Positions 60,777 to 64,000 of a stretch of 64,000 nt of DNA are shown one piece after another. The notes under the pieces are model-generated. The model saw only the letters and a list, made by a program, of their open reading frames with translations. It was not told the DNA's origin and made no database searches. The DNA comes from Alkalispirochaeta sp. (lineage in GTDB: Bacteria > Spirochaetota > Spirochaetia > DSM-27196 > Alkalispirochaetaceae), in NCBI GenBank assembly GCA_965242725.1, contig CBDESZ010000018.1, forward strand, positions 404,578 through 468,577, given 5' to 3'. The position numbers were made by a program, and so were the translations under genes. Numbering within the stretch: the stretch's first letter is position 1; every line of letters starts with the position of its first letter.

Positions 60777-62187
60777 CGTCCATTCCTTCCCGACGACGGA
60801 GCAACGTACCATACCCCGGATCAACGGAGATTCCGTCACCGTCGCGATATACCACACGTCCACGAACAACGGTCGCTTTCACGCGCCCCTGAAAGGTCAT
60901 GCCTTCAAAGGGAGTGATCGTTCCTTTGGAGAGAAAATCCGCACCTCGAACGGTCCAGCTCCCTTCAGGATCGATGAGGACGCAGTCGCCGTCCCGACCC
61001 GGAAGGAGCGCACCCTTGCGGTGAAATATTCCCCACCGCTTTGCGGCAGCCTCCGCGGTCACCTCCACCAGACGCCGGAGGGAGAGTCGACCGGCGCGAT
61101 ACCCCTCGGAATAGAGAAACGGAAGGAGCGTGCCGCTTCCGGGAATACCGGCGTAGTCGGTCCATATGGAACCGGTCTGTTTCTGCTCCGTCGGCGACGG
61201 TGCATGGTCCGAGGCGACGTAGGCAAGCTCCCCCCGCCTGAGGGCGACCCAGAGGGCGCCGCGATTGGGCTCACCCTTAATGGGAGGCGTCACTTTTACC
61301 GCCGAACCGATCCTGCTGAAGTCCGCCGTATCAAATGCGAGGTAGTGGGGACAGGTCTCACCGGTGACGCCGGGTGTTGCCGCGACGATCTGTGCACCCC
61401 TCGCGGTACTGACGTGGACGATGTGAAGATCACCGCCGTGCATGCGGGCAAGCTCGGCTGCGTTGAGAATGGCGAGTATCTCCGCCTCCTCGGGACGTCC
61501 CGAGACAAAGTCGGCGGCGGTGGCGCCCCGGGCCATCGCCGCGGCGGTGGCACCTTGAGAAAACTGGAAATCCTCCGCGTGAAGGAGCACCGGCCGGCGG
61601 AGACGTCGCGCCTCCCGGAGAACACAGGCAAACTGATAGTGATCAAGCTGGTGAAAGCGCTCCATGACGGAGATAAAGTAGGTCTTGAAACCGAGGACAT
61701 GGGGTGCAAGCTCTTCCATCCCCCGGGGGAAACCCTCCGAAAAGGACTCGGCGGATACACCGCCGTACAGTCCGTAATCCACAACCGCCCGGGACCTTAT
61801 CACATCGTACTTGACGTCGAAGTTTGCCTTATCCGTAACCGGGGGAATGGAGGTACAGGGCATGTCGACGATCGTCGTCACACCGCCGGACGCCGCCGCC
61901 GAGGTACCGTGATAAAAGTCCTCCCGATCGGTGAAGCCCGGCTCGTCAAAATGGACGTGGGGATCCACCACACCGGGGAGAACAAGGAGCCCCCGTGCGT
62001 CGAGAACCTCGGCGGCGGCATCCCCCGAAGACGGAGACCGGTCTCCCGGCGCCGTGACGGCGACGATCACCCCGTCGTAGATGTGTACATCCGCCTCCAC
62101 CGGTGACTCACACCCCGGAAAGAGAACCTCGCCGTTCCGAATCACGAGATTTCCACCGCCGGGATGGGGACGATCGCTCTGTTTCAT
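60763..62187 (-). CDS. Allantoinase/dihydroorotase-family cyclic amidohydrolase
   Basis: DPHVHFDEPG, GGVTTIVDMP, GFK, HAED, HIVH, ETCPHYL, SDHAP. Confidence 0.85.
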   Translation of the reverse strand: MKQSDRPHPGGGNLVIRNGEVLFPGCESPVEADVHIYDGVIVAVTAPGDRSPSSGDAAAEVLDARGLLVLPGVVDPHVHFDEPGFTDREDFYHGTSAAASGGVTTIVDMPCTSIPPVTDKANFDVKYDVIRSRAVVDYGLYGGVSAESFSEGFPRGMEELAPHVLGFKTYFISVMERFHQLDHYQFACVLREARRLRRPVLLHAEDFQFSQGATAAAMARGATAADFVSGRPEEAEILAILNAAELARMHGGDLHIVHVSTARGAQIVAATPGVTGETCPHYLAFDTADFSRIGSAVKVTPPIKGEPNRGALWVALRRGELAYVASDHAPSPTEQKQTGSIWTDYAGIPGSGTLLPFLYSEGYRAGRLSLRRLVEVTAEAAAKRWGIFHRKGALLPGRDGDCVLIDPEGSWTVRGADFLSKGTITPFEGMTFQGRVKATVVRGRVVYRDGDGISVDPGYGTLLRRREGMDDDSH

Positions 62188-62259
62188 GACATATCCATTG
62201 TCGGTCCGCCGGCCGGGGACGTCAAGAAATTCGTTGCGTCGTCGTTCCCCGCCGATCGA

Positions 62260-62304
62260 TGCAACTGATATTCAGTTGCAATCCCCGGACGCAGAATATA
62301 TACT
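62260..62304 (+). promoter_or_regulatory. Palindromic operator overlapping a sigma70-type promoter
   Basis: tgcaactga-tat-tcagttgca (62260-62280); TTGCAA (62276-62281)-17 bp-TATACT (62299-62304). Confidence 0.7.
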
Positions 62305-62310
62305 CCCGTT

Positions 62311-62550
62311 GTGGGACACACCGGAGGATCGACAGATCTCACCTATGACCGGCTCCGGTCACTCTTGGAGAAAAAGGGCTACCGGGAACATCTGTCCCCC
62401 GCACGCCGGACAGACCGTATTTCCTTTGTCCATTCCACGACGGGCCACGTCATCAGCCTGGATCGTCCGGCGGGACGGGAGTATCTCACGGCATATCAAC
62501 TCCAGCTGATAGAAGAAGAACTTCAGCGTATCGGTTCAGGAATCGACTAG
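62311..62550 (+). CDS. HicA-like small protein
   Basis: DLTYDRLRSLLEKKGY...SFVHSTTGHVISLDRP...YLTAYQL resembles HicA toxins; 79 aa. Confidence 0.6.
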   Translation: MGHTGGSTDLTYDRLRSLLEKKGYREHLSPARRTDRISFVHSTTGHVISLDRPAGREYLTAYQLQLIEEELQRIGSGID

Positions 62551-62561
62551 AGGTACCGCCG

Positions 62562-63634
62562 GTGGGCTGGATCTTTGCCTGTTCGTAAAGCCGGCACCGC
62601 GCGTCGTCACCGCCTGGGAGGGAATCTACCGCCGTACCCTCCATATCCTGGAAAGGACTCTACTTCGCACCCGTGTCGTCGGGCGAAATTCTCCCCGTGA
62701 ACGGTGGGGGTGCGGGGAGTTCACCCTGTTTCGCCACGGGACGACGCAATTCACCGGCGAAATCGCGACGTCCCGGGACCTCCTCTGGTCTGCGGAGGAT
62801 GACGGGCTTCCCGGCCCCGGTCACGCCGTGCTCGCCGGTACGGCGCGGGACGAAGATGTCTATTCCGCGGTGCTCGTCGCGACGACCCTTGTTGAGATGC
62901 TGCTTGGGGAGAACGCCTTTGTCCACGGCCACATCACGCGGCACTCGTGGTATCGCGCCCTCACCCGTTGCCGGGCGACATCGGACGCGTTCGGCGATGG
63001 GTTGGACCTTCCCGTATCGTACACACCCCTCTGTACCCGCGGGGAGGAGCTGCTGAAACGGCTTCTCTCGGCATACGACGATGAGGACGGGGCGTCCCGT
63101 CGCTTTGCGGCGCTCTTCCCGGGAAGTCAACGTGAGGTATACGCCGTCCTTGTGAAGAACGTTGCGCCCCGTTCGGTGGACAAGCTCTTTATACGCGCTC
63201 TCGGGACCTTTGCATCGCTGTCGCAGGTTGGAGCGCGGGAGACGGTATGCGCATTCTTTGAAGCCACCGGTGACATTGACCGAACCATTACCCTTGTTGG
63301 TCGCGTAAACGCCGCACGGCCCGGCTTTGCCTCTCCCATGGCACTGCTGCAGACGCTCGCCGCCCGGGGAATCACCGTCAAGCCTGCCGATCGGGTACCG
63401 CCGGAGTCCCCGCCCGGGCAAGGGCGGGTCAGGCCGCCGGGACGGGATGTTGAATCTCCGCGGAACTTCGTTCTTCAATACCTTGAAGAGCAACGTGAGG
63501 ATTTGTGCACGTCCCGGTATGTCGATCCACGGGAGCTGATACGGTCATTTTCCCCGGCGGCGGCAGATGTACGGGAGTATATGGAGGCCGTTGTGGCGCG
63601 GGAAGAGCGGCGGTTTCGTCCGGCCGGGACGTGA
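62562..63634 (+). CDS. Hypothetical protein (about 350 aa, start uncertain)
   Basis: Frame of ORF 62828 is open back to 62513; GAGG then GTG at 62562 would join it with one extra G. Confidence 0.55.
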
Positions 63635-63683
63635 TCGTTTGGTGTACAGAATCGCCGCATACGGATATGCTACATGTGGCGCT

Positions 63684-64000
63684 ATGGCAAAAGATGTAAT
63701 GAAATACAGGGACTTTCTCGGCTCCGTGCAGTTCAGCGCCGAGGATGAGCGATTTGTCGGCCGCATTGAAGAAATCCCCGATCTGGTAACCTTTGAGGGA
63801 CGCAGCGTTGAAGAGCTCAAGGAGGCGTTTCACGCCGCCGTGGACGACTATATCCGCATCTGCGAGGAGACAAATAGACCCATACGCAGATCCTATAAGG
63901 GCTCCTTCAATATTCGCATCAGCCCGGATCTCCATCGTTACGCATACCGATGCGCTCTTGAGAGCGGTATTTCTCTGAACCAGCTGGTTCAGGAGGCGCT
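63684..64000 (+). CDS. hicB: HicB family antitoxin (runs off window end)
   Basis: Manual translation: MKYRDFLGSVQFSAED..FVGRI..VTFEG.SVEELKEAF..AVDDY...YKGSFNIRISPDLH...ISLNQLV. Confidence 0.9.
   Translation, partial: MAKDVMKYRDFLGSVQFSAEDERFVGRIEEIPDLVTFEGRSVEELKEAFHAAVDDYIRICEETNRPIRRSYKGSFNIRISPDLHRYAYRCALESGISLNQLVQEA

Overview
GC-rich bacterial chromosome segment, probably a free-living spirochaete (inferred from the style of the hypothetical genes, not tested). The left 38 kb is mostly housekeeping: a pdhABC-lpdA operon divergent from an nqrBCDEF-like cluster with no nqrA, a REC-PAS-GGDEF-EAL protein, aroK/aroC, an intact 1.3-kb IS, an ABC-F ATPase, argF, nrnA, a sigma-like gene, rdgB, pepF, tRNA-Leu, TetR plus a GH13 enzyme, an EIIA-diadenylate cyclase fusion, hisB, a PfkB kinase, metH and a GNAT. 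After a ~60-bp tandem repeat array comes a ~23-kb anaerobic purine/urate catabolism island (ygeW, xdhD, ygfM, a second xdh set, ygeY, ssnA, ygfK, NCS2 permease, ade, a deaminase, an allantoinase-type hydrolase). It has no recognisable dpaL/ygeX and instead carries two other PLP enzymes. The window ends in a hicA-like / unknown ORF / hicB arrangement. The best candidates for undescribed biology are the NqrA-less Nqr module, the variant purine pathway, the unclassified IS, the repeat array and the split hicAB locus. Several genes carry single-base frameshifts, mostly in homopolymers, that look like long-read assembly errors. All calls are from motif recognition by eye; no searches were run.
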